Source: Heterodontus francisci (lineage: Eukaryota). Taken from it: a DNA stretch of 64,000 bases. Each line of letters begins with the position of its first letter. Position 1 is the first letter of the stretch. Made by a program: the position numbers and the translations under genes. The stretch covers positions 39,132,437-39,196,436 of the forward strand of contig NC_090409.1 in the NCBI RefSeq assembly GCF_036365525.1, in the 5' to 3' direction. The notes below the pieces were generated by a model that was not told the DNA's origin, did not search any database, and saw only the letters and a list, made by a program, of their open reading frames with translations. Shown piece after piece: positions 38,101 through 50,330 of this stretch.

Positions 38101-41100
38101 TAAATATTTTTAAAAAGAGACAGCTGATCGAATGGTCTCGAACTTAGTGACAGAACAGTCCATGAGCTCCTCGCACGTATTGTTGGACTTATTACCCATT
38201 CAGTGTGAGCATATGTAAAATCTAAAAACACATGCAGTAGTTTAGAAACAGATTTACCTGGTACAGGTGTGTTCAGTACAGGTGGGCAATTGCGCTCTAA
38301 AGAAAACATCATGTGTTTAGTATTGTGTGTGACGGTAGACAGGCAATTGCTAACACCTGAAGATCTAATACACAGTTTACAACAAAAATGCATTTCTTTA
38401 ATGTAAAAAATCCCAGCAAGAAAAGTGTTCCAACTGTAGCTAACAAAAGAAATCAAGGATTGTATTAGAGCAAAGGAAGAGGCGTATAAAGTTGTCAAAA
38501 AAATGTTAATCCTGAGGATTGGGAACATTTCAAAATTCTGCAAAGGAGGACCGGGAAAAAGTTTAAGAAAGGGAAATAGAATACGAGAGTAAATTAGCGA
38601 GAAACATAAAAACAGACTGTAAAAGCTTCTCCAGATCTGCAAAACAGAAAAGATTAGCAAAGACAAATGTGGGTCCATTACAAACAGACTTAGGAGAATT
38701 TATAATTGGGAACAAGGAAATGGCAGAGAAAATAAAACAAATACTTTGTGTCAGTCTTCACAGAGGAAAATACTAAAAAGCTCCCAGAAATAATGGAGAA
38801 TCAAGGGACTAGTGTAAACAAGGAACTGCAAGATACCAATATTAATAAACAAGTACAAGAGAAATTAGTGGGACTGAAAGTAGATAAATCCTCTGGACCT
38901 GATGATCTATATCCCAGCATGTTGAAAGAGGTGGCTGTAGAGATAGTTGATGCATTAGTGGTCATCTTTCAAAATTCTGTAGACTCTGGAATGGTTCCCG
39001 CAGACTGGAAGGTGGTAAATGTAACCCAACTGTTTAAGAAAGGAGGGAGAGAGAAAACAGGGAACTACAGACCTGTTAGCCTAGACATCAGTCATAGGGA
39101 AAATGCTAGAATCTACAATAAAGGATGTGATAACTGGACACTTCGAAAATAATGGTAGGATTGGGCAGAGTCAACCTGGATTTATGAAAGGGAAATCATG
39201 TTTTATAAACCTGTTGGAGTTTTTTTTTGAGATGTAACTAACAGAATAGAAAAGGGAGGGAAGAGGTGGATGTGCGATATCTGGATTTGAAGAAAACCTC
39301 TGATAAAGTCCCACACAAGAGGTTGGTAAACAAAATGAGAACACATGGGATTGGAGTGAATATACTGGCAGGGATTGAGAACTGGTTAACAGACAGAAAA
39401 CAGAGAGTCGGAATAAATGGGTCATTTCCAGGTTGGCAGGTTGTTACAAGTGGGATACTACAAGGAACAGTGCTTGGGCCCAGCTATTCACAATCTAGAT
39501 CAATGATTTGGATGTGGGGATTAAATGTAATATTTCCAAGTTTGCAGAAGACAAAAAACTAGGTGGAAGTGAGAGTTGTGAGGAGGATGCAAAGAGGCTT
39601 CAAGGGGATTTGGAGAGGTTAAGCAAGTGGGCAAAAGATTGGAGAAATGTGAGGTAATCCACTTTGGGAGGGAAAACAGAAATACAGAGTATTTCTTAAA
39701 CAGTGAGAGGCTGGGAATGTTGAATTTCAAAAGGACTTGGGTGTCCTTGTTCATGAGTCACTGAAAGCTAACATGCAGGTACAGCAAGCAATTAAAACAG
39801 CTAATGGTATGTTGGTTTTTATTACAAGAGGATTTGAGTATAGGAGTAAAGACTGCAATTATATAGAGCCTTGGTGAGACTGCATCTGGAGTATTGTGTA
39901 GTTTTGGTCTCATTACCAAAGGAAAGATACACTTGCCTCGAAGACAGTGCAACGAAGGTTCATCAAACTAATTCCCGGGATGGAGGGATTGTCTGATGAG
40001 GAAAGATTAAATGGACTGGGCCTTTATTCTCTAGAGTTTAGGAGAATGAGAGGTGATCTCATTCAAACATACAAAATTCTTACAGGTCTCGACAGGGTAG
40101 ATGTAGGAAGGATGTCTCCCCAGGCTGGGGGTGGGGGGGGTGGGGTCTAGAACCAGGGGACACAGTCTCAGAATAAGAGGTAAGCCATTTAGGACTGAGA
40201 TTAGGAGGAATTTCTTCACTCAGAGGGTGGTGAATCTTCAGAATTCTCTGCCCCAGAGGGCAGTGGAGGCTCAATCATTGAGTATGTTCAAGACTGAGAT
40301 CGACAGATTTCTACATATTAAAAATATCAAGGGTTACGGGGGTAGTGCAGGAAAATGGTGTTGAAGTAGAAGATCAGCCATGATCTCATTGAATGTCGGA
40401 ACAGGCTCGAAGGGCTGAATGGCCTCCTCTTGCTCCTATTTCTTATGTAAACTGCAGAAATGTTCAAATACTCTATCGGGCTGTAGGGAAACACATCCCG
40501 GGAGGAACGAGACTCGGGACAAACAGATCAGGAAGGATCAGGAACAGGGTCGGCAGAGTGAAAAATCCAACAGGATTGCATTCACTTTGAGGGGTAGAAT
40601 GGAAGTTTTCCAGAGTTACCCCCAGCAGGATCATTCCCAGCAGACTACACCCACCTGTGGAGAGAATTCCCACAGGATCCTGGGCCGACTGGGAAAACAC
40701 TTTCAAGGTAAGTGCACTGGGTCTTGTAAAGGCTGCCTGAGGGGTGCTATGGACCCCACTCCTGCACCCCAACATCTGGAGACAGATGTAGCATGTTTTT
40801 GGAGAGTGAGAGCAGCTTGATAGCACCGTTAACTCCTTCCATCACCCAGTTTAGCAGCTCTGTCCTTCAGGGCTCAGCCAGCTCGGTCAGTGGTGGGATT
40901 ACAGAGTGACCCTTAGTGATAGACAGTGAAGTCCCCACTCAGTACATTCTGTGTCCTTGTTACCCTCAGTGCTTCCTCCAAGTGGTGTTCAACGTGGAGG
41001 AGAACTGATTCATCAGCTGAGGGAGGGCAGGAGGTGATAATCAGCAGGAGGTCTCCAGGCCCATGTTTGACCTGAAGCTGTGAGATTTCATGGGGCTCAG

Positions 41101-44100
41101 AGTCAATGTTGAGGAGTCCTGGAGTCACTCCCTCCTGACTGTATACCACTGTGTCCCCACCACTGGTGGGTCTGTCCTGCCAGTGGGACAGGACATACCC
41201 AGGGATGGTGATCGAGGAGTCTGGGATGTCGGGTTGATTCTGTGACTATGACTGTCTCACAAATCTCTCCCAACATGGACACCAGTCTCCAGATGTCAGT
41301 GAGGGGGACTTTGCAGTGTCAAAAGGGCTGGGTTAGCCTTTGCTGTGTCCTGATTCGATATCTGGGTCACAGCCAGTGGTCCGTTCAGTTTTATTCTTGT
41401 TTTTCTTTCTGGTGGTTTGATACAAACTGATTGAAGTGACCGAGCAAATCAGAGGGCAGTTAAAAGTCAACCAGGTTAATGTGGGACTGGAGTCACATAT
41501 AGACCAGACCAGGTAAGGATGGCAGGTTTCCTTCCCGAGAGGGACATTAGTGAACCAGTTGGGTTTTACAACAATCCAACAGCTTCATGGTCACTTTTAT
41601 TGGGACCAACTTTATATTTCCAGATTTATTTTAAACTGAATTTCAATTCTGAAAGTGGGATTCCATGGTGGGATTTGAACTCACATTCTCTGGATTATTT
41701 TTTTTAATTCATCCATGGGATGTGGGCGTCGCTGGCCAGGCCAGGATTTATTGCCCATCCCTAATTGCCCTTGAGAAGGTGGTGGTGAGCTGCCTTCTTG
41801 AACCGCTGCAGTCCAGGTGGGTTAGGTACACCCACAGTGCTGTTCGGAAGGGAGTTCTAGGATTTTGACCCAGCGACAGTGAAGGAACGGCAATATAGTT
41901 CCAAGTCAGGATGGTGTGTGACTTGGAGGGGAACTTGCAGGTGGTGGTGTTCCCATGTATTTGCTGCCCTTGTCCTTCTAGTTGGTAGAGGTCACGGGTT
42001 TGGAAGGTGCTGTCTAAGGAGCCTTGGTGCATTGCTGCAGTGCATCTTGTAGATGGTACACACTGCTGCCACTGTGCGTTGGTGGTGGAGGGAGTGAATG
42101 TTTGTAGATGGGGTGCCAATCAAGCGGGCTGCTTTGTCCTGGATGGTGTCGAGCTTCTTGAGTGTTGTTGGAGCTGCACCCATCCAGGCAAGTGGAGAGT
42201 ATTCCATCACACTCCTGACTTGTGCCTTGTAGATGGTGGACAGGCTTTGGGGAGTCAGGAGGTGAGTTACTCGCCTCAGGATTCCCAGCCTCTGACCTGC
42301 TCTTGTAGCCATGGTATTTATATGGCTACTCCAGTTCAGTTTCTGGTCAATGGTAGCCCCTAGGATGTTGATAGTGGGGGATTCAGCGATGGTAATGCCG
42401 TTGAATGTCAAGGGGAGATGGTTAGATTCTCTCTTGTTGGAGATGGTCATTGCCTGGCACTTGTGTGGTGCGAATGTTACTTGCCACTTAACAGCCCAAG
42501 CCTGGATATTGTCCAGGTCTTGCTGCATTTCTACACGGACTGCTTCAGTATCTGAGGAGTCACGAATGGTGCTGAACATTGCACAATCACCAGCGAACAT
42601 CCCCGCTTCTGAACTTATGATTGAAAGAAGGTCATTGATGAAGCAGCTGAAGATGGTTGGGCCTCGGACACTACCCTGAGGAATTAGAATTAGAACATTA
42701 CAGCGCAGTGCAGGCCCTTCGGCCCTCGATGTTGCGCCGACCTGTGAAACCATCTGACCTACACTATTCCATTTTCATCCATGTGTCTATCCAATGTCCA
42801 CTTAAATGCCCTTAAAGTTGGCGAGTCTACTACTGTTGCAGGCAGGGCGTTCCACGCCCTTACTACTCTCTGAGTAAAGAAACTACCTCTGACATCTGTC
42901 CTATATCTATCACCCCTCAACTTAAAGCTATGTCCCCTCGTGTTTGCCATCACCATCCGAGGAAAAAGACTCTCACTATCCAACCTATCTAACCCTCTGA
43001 TTATCTTATATGTCTCTATTAAGTCACCTCTCCTCCTCCTTCTCTCCAATGAAAACAACCTCAAGTCCCTCAGCCTTCCCTCCATACCAGGCAACATCCT
43101 AGTAAATCTCCTCTGCACCCTTTCCATAGCTTCCACATCCTTCCTATAATGCAGTGACCAGAACTGCACGCAATACTCCAGGTGCGGTCTCACCAGAGTT
43201 TTGTACAGCTGCAGCATGACCTCGTGGCTCCGAAACTCGATCCCCCTACTAATAAAAGCTAATACACCATATGCCTTCTTAACAGCCCTATTAACCTGGG
43301 TAGCAACCTTCAGGGATTTATGCACCTGGACACCAAGATCTCTCTGTTCATCTACACTACCAAGAATCTTCCCATTAGCCCAGTACTCTGCATTCCTGTT
43401 ACTCCTTCCAAAGTGAATCACCTCGCACTTTTCCACATTAAACTCCATTTGCCATCTCTCAGCCCAGCTCTGCAGCCTATCTATGTCCCTCTGTACCCTA
43501 CAACACCCTTCGACACTATCCACAACTCCACCGACCTTCGTGTCATCCGCAAATTTACTAACCCACCCTTCTACACCCTCATCCAGGTCATTTATAAAAA
43601 TGACAAACAGCAGTGGCCCCAAAACAGATCCTTGCGGTACACCACTAGTAACTAAACTCCAGAATGAACATTTGCCATCAACCACCACCCTCTGTCTTCT
43701 TTCAGCTAGCCAATTTCTGATCCAAAGCTCTAAATCACCTTCAACCCCATACTTCCGTATTTTCTGCAATAGCCTACCATGGGGAACCTTATCAAACGCC
43801 TTACTGAAATCCATATACACCACATCCACTGCTTTACCCTCATCCACCTGTTTGGTCACCTTCTCGAAAAACTCAATAAGGTTTGTGAGGCACGACCTAC
43901 CCGTCACAAAACTGTGCTGACTATCGCTAATAAGGAACTCCTGCAGTGATGTCCTGGAGCTCAGATGATTGACCTCCAACAACCACAACCATCTTCCTTT
44001 GTGCTAGGTATGACTTCAGCCAGCGGAGGGTTTTCCCCGATTCCCATCGACCTCAGTTTTGCGAGGGCTCCTTGATGCCATATTCGGTCAAATGCTGCCT

Positions 44101-45464
44101 TGATGTCAACGGCAGTCACTCTCACCTCACCTCTGGATTACTAGTCCAGGCCTCTGGATTACTAGTCTAGTAACATAACCACTGCACTACTGTACCAATA
44201 AAATCAGAGTAAATGCAGAATACCTGAAACAGAAACCTCTCACCTGTTACAGAGAGATCGACATCTTGATGAAAGACAACATCTGCCCTCTTGTAAAACT
44301 GGCACACATACTTGTACTGGTCTGACTGCCTGAGGTCAGAGATCATAACTGACCAGTTGCCTTGTTCCAGTTGATCTTTGAACAGGTTTGTTCTGTTTCT
44401 GAACCGTGGGTCTTGTAGTGCCAAATCATCATTTCCATTGACAAATTTGTGTAAAACTCCACGCTTGAATATCCACCAAATTACCTGGAAATCAGAGACT
44501 GGGACATTCTCTTTGTAGACACATGGCAGCACAACCTGCTCCCCAAGGAACCCAGAAACTGGGACAGGCGAGTAACCTGGAAAAGATTGAAAGTATTTAT
44601 CCACAGATATAACCTCCCTGCTGGTACATTCCATCCCAAGCTTCACATGGTTACACTGCGATGCTTGATTTACAAGAAGCACTGATCAGTAACTCACTGC
44701 TTTCATTTCTGTGGGAAGGTTAAAGGTCAGGCATTAAGGGCCTTCAACTAAAACCAGCTTGTGCTGGATATTTGTATCCACAGAGCAGCTGGACAGCACT
44801 TTGAATCGTGTGTTTCCCATTGTACACATGCTGGGAGAACACATCAGGATATTGGTCACCCTGCCCACCTCCCCCCTTTGGGAGAACAATGACAGACCAG
44901 TGAACTGGCAGTGAGATCCCCAAACAAACACTGGATTTGGGACTGAGGTTTGCAGAATCACCCAGGCTTCAACACTGAACCAACTAATCCGAGCTCTGCT
45001 GAACGTGAGAGCAGTCACAGCGCTTACCTGAAACAGCAGCAACAGCATTTAGCAGCAGCAGGAGGAGGAGGAGTTTCTGTAAGTTGGGTCCCTGCAACAA
45101 GAAAACACAGTTACCCCCCTTTACCACAGTTTCTTGCTGCTCATGTCCATTTCTGAACCGGACTGTGTCACTGTGTCCCCCACCCCTGGGTGTAGATTAA
45201 CAGCTAGGTGTTTATTTTCAGTTTAAACACAGTTTCTCTCGCTCCATCTCCTGTCTGACATTTCTCCTTTTATAAATGAGACCCTGCCCCAGGGTCAGGA
45301 AGACAACGCCCCGAAATGGAACAAACTCTCCTCCTTTTTTTTTAGAGGGAGACAAACAATAAAGAGGCGAATCCTCGGGGAGAGAAAGGAAAGTTTCCCC
45401 CACATCCCCCTCCCTCTCCCCGGGTGTGAGACACTGACAATACCTGCAGCGCTTTTCCATCCAT
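35004..45464 (-). CDS. Copy A: single V-set Ig type I membrane protein, B7/CD276/butyrophilin-like, about 231 aa
   Basis: Exons 45444-45464, 45028-45091, 44244-44576, 36905-37013 and 35004-35172 total 696 nt in one frame, encoding signal peptide, V domain, TM and tail. Confidence 0.82.
35880..36590 (-). mobile_element. L2-like LINE 3' fragment
   Basis: TIGGRAFRCLGPKL; related to 10740-11790. Confidence 0.7.
36905..37013 (-). CDS. Copy A exon 4 (transmembrane)
   Basis: ctccag|GRGLSTEAIVGLVIGILLLLLLIAVIVVFVVRKRQR|gtgagt; 109 nt, phase 1/2. Confidence 0.87.
37150..37310. other. Assembly gap (161 N)
   Basis: Run of N. Confidence 1.
37761..38105 (+). mobile_element. HE1-type V-SINE
   Basis: gcacagtggcacagtg...gggttcaatt...gtggagtttgcaagttctccc...gggccgaa CR1-like tail. 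Confidence 0.85.
38330..40450 (+). mobile_element. Degenerate CR1 LINE ORF2
   Basis: [33 protein letters not shown]. Confidence 0.9.
41698..44130 (-). mobile_element. 5'-truncated LINE inserted in copy A only
   Basis: Flanked by CTCTGGATTA at 41688-41697 and 44131-44140; RT ORF 41992-42753. Confidence 0.88.
42684..43932 (-). mobile_element. Young CR1/HER1 LINE nested in the previous LINE
   Basis: Open RT ORF; AGGAA duplicated at 42679-42683 and 43933-43937; (ttagaa) tail. Confidence 0.92.
44244..44576 (-). CDS. Copy A exon 3 (IgV domain)
   Basis: VVLPC...VIWW...QDPRFRNRTNLF.DQL..GNWS..I..LRQSD..Y.C is a B7/BTN-type V-set pattern; 333 nt, phase 1/1. Confidence 0.92.
45028..45091 (-). CDS. 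Copy A exon 2 (signal peptide)
   Basis: ttgcag|GPNLQKLLLLLLLLNAVAAVS-G|gtaagc; 64 nt, phase 0/1. Confidence 0.87.
45444..45464 (-). CDS. Copy A exon 1 coding part (MDGKALQ)
   Basis: ATG...CAG|gtattg, phase 0; homologous to 56020-56040. Confidence 0.75.
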
Positions 45465-45579
45465 TCTCCCGAACCCTGATCATCCCCTCTCGGAGACGGA
45501 GACAGGGAATCTGCTGCTCAACCCGGATCGGCCAACTGCGCCTGTTATACTTTGAAACACAGGGACGATAGGGGTATGG

Positions 45580-46635
45580 TCCAGACAGAGGGGAATCAGT
45601 CCCGGTCCCCGTGTCTGTGTCTCTGTCCAGACAGAGGGGGGATCAGTCCCAGTCCCTGTGTCTGGGTTCAGACAGAGGGGGATCAGTCCTGGTCCCTGTG
45701 TCTGGGTCCAGACAGAGGGGAATCAGTCCTAACCCCTGTGTCTGGGTCCAGACAGAGGGGGATCAGTCCTGGTCCCAGTGTCTGGGTTCAGACAGAGGGG
45801 GATCAGTCCGAGTCCCTGTGTCTGGGTCCAGACAGAGGGGGATCAGTCCCAGTCCCCGTGTCTGGGTCCAGACAGAGGGGGATCAGTCCCAGTCCCCGTG
45901 TCTGTGTCAGGGTCCAGACAGAGGGGGATCAGTCCCGGTCCCTGTATCTGGGTCCAGACAGAGGGGGATCAGTCCGAGTCCCTGTGTCTGGGTCCAGACA
46001 GAGGGGGATCAGTCCCAGTCCCCGTGTCTGGGTCCAGACAGAGGGGGATCAGTCCCAGTCCCCGTGTCTGTGTCAGGGTCCAGACAGAGGGGAATCAGTC
46101 CCGGTCCCTGTGTCTGGGTCCAGACAGAGGATGATCAGTCTGGGTCCCTGTGTCTGGGTCCAGACAGAGAGGGATCAGTCCCGGTCCCTGTATCTGGGTC
46201 CAGACAGAGGGGGATCAGTCCCGGTCCCTGTATCTGGGTCCAGACAGAGGGGGATCAGTCCCGGTCCCCGTGTCTGGGTCCAGAAAGAGGGGGATCAGTC
46301 CCGGTCCCCGTGTCTGGGTCCAGAAAGAGGGGGATCAGTCCCGGACTCTGTGTCTGTGTCTGGGTCCAGACTGAGAGGGGAGTCAAACCCAGTCCCAGTC
46401 CCTGTGTCTGGGTCCAGACAGAGAGGGATCAGTCCTGGTCCCTGGGTCTGGGTTCAGACAGAGAGGGATCAGTCCTGGTCCCTGTGTCTGGGTCTGGGTT
46501 CAGACGGAGAGGGATCAGTCCCAGTCCCTGTGTCTGGGTCTGGGTTCAGACGGAGAGGGATCAGTCCCGGTCCCTGTGTCTGGGTCTGGGTCCAGACAGA
46601 GAGGGATCAGTCCTGGTCCCTGTGTCTGGGTCCAT
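45580..46635. repeat. 40-46-bp minisatellite directly upstream of copy A exon 1
   Basis: Unit tccagacagagggggatcagtcccggtccctgtgtctggg. Confidence 0.95.
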
Positions 46636-46639
46636 GGAG

Positions 46640-47165
46640 AGTATGCACACCATTCTGCTGTTAGGAAGGATGTTGCAGGATTTTGACCCAGCGACAGTTC
46701 TACTCGGGATGGTGTGTGGCTTGGAGGGGAACTTGCAGGTGGTGGTGTTCCCATGCATCTGCTGCCTTTGTCCTTCTAGTTGGTAGAGGTCATGGGTTTG
46801 GAAGGTGTTGTCTAAGGAGCCTTGGTGCGTTGCTGCAGTGCATCTTGTAGATGGTACACACTGCTACCACTGTGTGTCGGTGGTGGAGAGAGTGAATGTT
46901 TGTAGATGGGGTGTCAATCAAGCGGGCTGCTTTGTCCTGGATGGTGTCGAGCTTCTTGAGTGTTGTTGGAGCTGCACTCATCCAGGCAAGTGGAGAGTCT
47001 TCCATCACACTCCTGACTTGTGCCTTGTCGATGGTGGACAGGCTTTGGGGAGTCGGGAGGTGAGTTACTCGCCTCAGGATTCCCAGTCTCTGACCTGCTC
47101 TTGTAGACACAGTATTTATATGGCTGGTCCAGTTCAGTTTCTGGTCAATGGTAACCCCCAGAATG
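46640..47165 (-). mobile_element. LINE 3' fragment
   Basis: [15 protein letters not shown]...HSLHHR. Confidence 0.88.
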
Positions 47166-47469
47166 TTCTGGATGATATTTCCAGGATGGTGAGTGACCTT
47201 GAGAGGAACATGCGAGGCCTCCTTAGACCGACTGCACAATTTTTGTATCCGTGCTTATATAATGAATATTTTGCACTTGTTTTGCTCTCAGCAAATTTTA
47301 AAATTAAAAATTAGATTCCATAGTGAGGGAATAATGTTAAAAAGAAAGCCCAAACAGAAACAAAGCAAATTGACTATAATTATAAACTCTGTCCTGCTTT
47401 CCAGTCAATGAGGTTTTATCACAACTGCTGAAAGTCTTTATTTCACAATTTTATTGTTTTAGCTCGATT

Positions 47470-47760
47470 TCTATTGGTGGATTCTAACCGTCAATCAGCG
47501 CAGACCCGCCCCTCGGCGGCGAAACAGCTGGGCGGAGCATTCATCGCCTTGACCCTGATCGACACCGAGCTCGGCCAATAGGAACACAGACTGACATGAG
47601 TCGGTTCAGCCAATGGGCGGCAGCGGGGGCGGGACCGCGCTGAACAAGATGGCCCCCCGTGTCCGCCGCCATTTTAAAGTTTATTTCCTGCACCATCTGG
47701 TCTGGATGGTGAACGGTGCTGAAAAAAACAAGGAGGCGCAAACCGCAAACAGCAACGTTT
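47470..47760. promoter_or_regulatory. CpG island with housekeeping-promoter motifs
   Basis: Three CCAAT/ATTGG boxes, three GC boxes, and YY1-type CAAGATGGC and CGCCATTTT motifs. Confidence 0.6.
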
Positions 47761-47818
47761 ATCAGGAAGGAGCCGCTCGCCATTACTGACCCCCCCGAGT
47801 GTGAGACACTGACAGTAC

Positions 47819-47854
47819 CTGAAACCCCTTTTCTATCGTCAAGGCCTCAATCAT
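47819..47854 (-). other. Third copy of exon 1 (candidate distal alternative first exon of copy A, or paralogue remnant)
   Basis: Similar to 45424-45520. Reads ATG ATT GAG GCC TTG ACG ATA GAA AAG GGG TTT CAG|gtactgtcagtgtctcacac, phase 0. Confidence 0.55.
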
Positions 47855-48063
47855 CCCCTCCCGGAGACAGGGGAGCTGCTGCTGCTCAGCCGGAGGAGTC
47901 AGACCGAAAGAGAAAGAGCAGCTGCAGGCAGAGACCAAAGTACAAGGGCAGGGTGGAGCCGGAGGCTGAGCGGATAATGTTATCGGACTGGCAATCCAGA
48001 GGCAATAAAAACAGAAAGTGCTGGAAAACGATCAGGCAGCGTCTGTGCAGCGAGAGAGAACAG

Positions 48064-48100
48064 AGTTAACGTTTCAGGTCTGTGTCCCTTCATCAGAACT
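48064..48100 (-). ncRNA. Second minimal hammerhead motif at the end of a Penelope-like element
   Basis: Reverse complement reads AGTT-CTGATGA-AGGgacacagaCCT-GAA-ACGT-T-AACT; stem II is weaker. Confidence 0.55.
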
Positions 48101-48748
48101 GCAATAGATTAATAACCACAATGTCAGGGTTAGACCTGAGAGAAGGGAGTGCAGCAAGTTCAGAGGGAGAGAGGTTAGAGTGAGTGAGTGAGTGAGGGGG
48201 GTGCGGGGAGGGGGTGGCAGAGAAACTAAGAAGACCGATGTCACGCCGACAGTTTTCAATGAAAAGCTCAAGAGCGGGTAAGAGGCCAGGGGGAGGGGTC
48301 CGATGCCGGAGGCGGGTGAATGGGACTGCTGGTCGGCGGGGTTGGACTCCTGGTCAAAGAAGTGATCCCAGAGGCAAAAGTGACGAAGGAAAAGCTCAAC
48401 ATCATGTCCAGCACAAAATACATTGAGGTAGGGGGCGTAAGGGTGTAAAACGGAGTCCTTTGCTAAGTACAGGTTGTTCAGCATCAAAGAGGGGAAGGTC
48501 AGAGGGTATTGTGAATACATGGTGTTACAACCGAGGTGGGAGGAATGCACTGTTAATTCAGTCCCGCTTCTCCACGGGCCACAGCATATCAATACATTTT
48601 CCCACTTACTGAAACAGCCAGTTAGATACTCTGTCCCCCAGAATAAAGCACAGCAACCAGGTCTTCTTTAATCAACAACAAAATTAACTGTTTATTATAA
48701 AGCCAAATCTTAACCAATAATGAAGTAAATATATATTCAAACCGAGAT

Positions 48749-49620
48749 TGTAACAAGGTTTAATGTTAAACACACTCTCTTTATAGCTCCCCTTTGGCGA
48801 ATCCTTGTTCACCGCTTTCCAATTATAAGGAAAAGAAATCAGCACACACAGGTTTTTTTAGGTTTAAAGAAGAAAGATTGAAATTTATTAAATTTAACCT
48901 TGAACTCTAATTCGGATAATGCCTACAGATACATGACCCGCCCACGCCAGCATGCATACATGATGTATGTAGATAAGGACTGAAAAGAGAAGATAAATGA
49001 AGTGAAAAGTTTGAGGCAATCTCTAAAAGGGGGGTTCGTTACTGTGCTTCAAGCTCGCTGTGGAGTCTTTGATTGTAGGTAGGTCTTACATGTCATTGGG
49101 GCCCAGTATTCTTCTTAAACCTTGTTCAATGTAGGAGACTTTTCTCTCTTTGAGGTTCATGTGTCTTCAGTGGGTTCAGAGGCTTGTGAGAAAGAGATGG
49201 GAGCAGGCAGGAGAGACCTTCTTCAGTCTAGGAGTAAACTGCTTTCTGCCAGTTACAAACACTGTGGCAGGTTCAAATTCAAAAAAAAAAACTCAGGTGG
49301 CCCTGCAAGTTAGTCATGTGACTAGCTGGTCTGACCACGTCCATTTTTGTATACGGCAATCTTAGCCATCAACCTGGAATGTGAACTCCTCCACCTTTAA
49401 GATCTGATAATCAAAAGTCCATTGTGGATTGAACGTGTCAGGGTCTTTTGTCCCTTTTAAGTATTGTCTGTAAATAGGCAAATATCTTTCCAGTCAAGGG
49501 TCTGGTGTTTTTTTTTTTAAAAAAGCAAGTTCTTTTTTTACACCAGTAACAGTTTAAAAATCAATGTGCATGTGGCAAAATTAATATGCCTCATTTTTGG
49601 GAATGGGGGCCTGCATGACA
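48749..49620. mobile_element. Solo LTR (inner, 872 bp) with 4-bp TSD
   Basis: TGT...ACA termini; AGAT at 48745-48748 and 49621-49624. Confidence 0.82.
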
Positions 49621-49963
49621 AGATGTTAAAGTCCCTTATTTTCCCTAGCCCTCATGCACACACCACACATCCATTCAAAAACTGGTTAACCGGGGGAGCA
49701 AAAAGGAGTTTGGTTTACAGCTGTTTCATAGGAATGAAAAGAACAATAAAAAAAAAACGTTGTCATGATCTGGAAGGAAGATCTTTGGTTTGGTGAGGTG
49801 AACCAAAGTCGAATAGTTGGATGCCACTCGAAGTCTTTCCAGGTGAGGATGAGCCGTCGATGATGGGTAGGCTTTCAAAGAACCTCAACAAAAGAAGGCT
49901 TTATATAAGGCTTTCCATCAGGTATGCAGCATGAAGGCTGTTTGGTCTTACAGCAGCAGTAAA

Positions 49964-50330
49964 GGGCGGCACAGTGGCGCAGTGGTTAGCACCGCAGCCT
50001 CACAACTCCAGGGACCCGGGTTCGATTCCGGGTACTGCCTGTGTGGAGTTTGCAAGTTCTCCCTGTGTCTGCGTGGGTTTTCTCCGGGTGCTCCGGTTTC
50101 CTCCCACAAGCCAAAAGACTTGCAGGTTGATAGGTAAATTGGCCATTATAAATTGTCACTAGTATAGGTAGTTGGTAGGGAAATATAGGGACAGGTGGGG
50201 ATGTTTGGTAGGAATATGGGATTAGTGTAGGATTAGTATAAATGGGTGGTTGATGTTCGGCACAGACTCGGTGGGCCGAAGGGCCTGTTTCAGTGCTGTA
50301 TCTCTAATCTAAATCTAAAAAATCTAATCT
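49964..50330 (+). mobile_element. Full-length HE1-type V-SINE inside the outer LTR
   Basis: A-box tggcgcagtgg, B-box ggttcgattcc, (ctaat) tail. Confidence 0.9.

Larger units (their letters stand above)
40870..44195 (-). mobile_element. tRNA-headed element followed by APE-endonuclease sequence, interrupted at 41698-44130
   Basis: Homologous to uninterrupted 60765-61375; peptide VVYSQEG...PPSADESVL...GDF. Confidence 0.7.

Noticed and set aside
45552-46786. 370-391 aa ORFs upstream of copy A
   Set aside because: Minisatellite translation running into a LINE fragment
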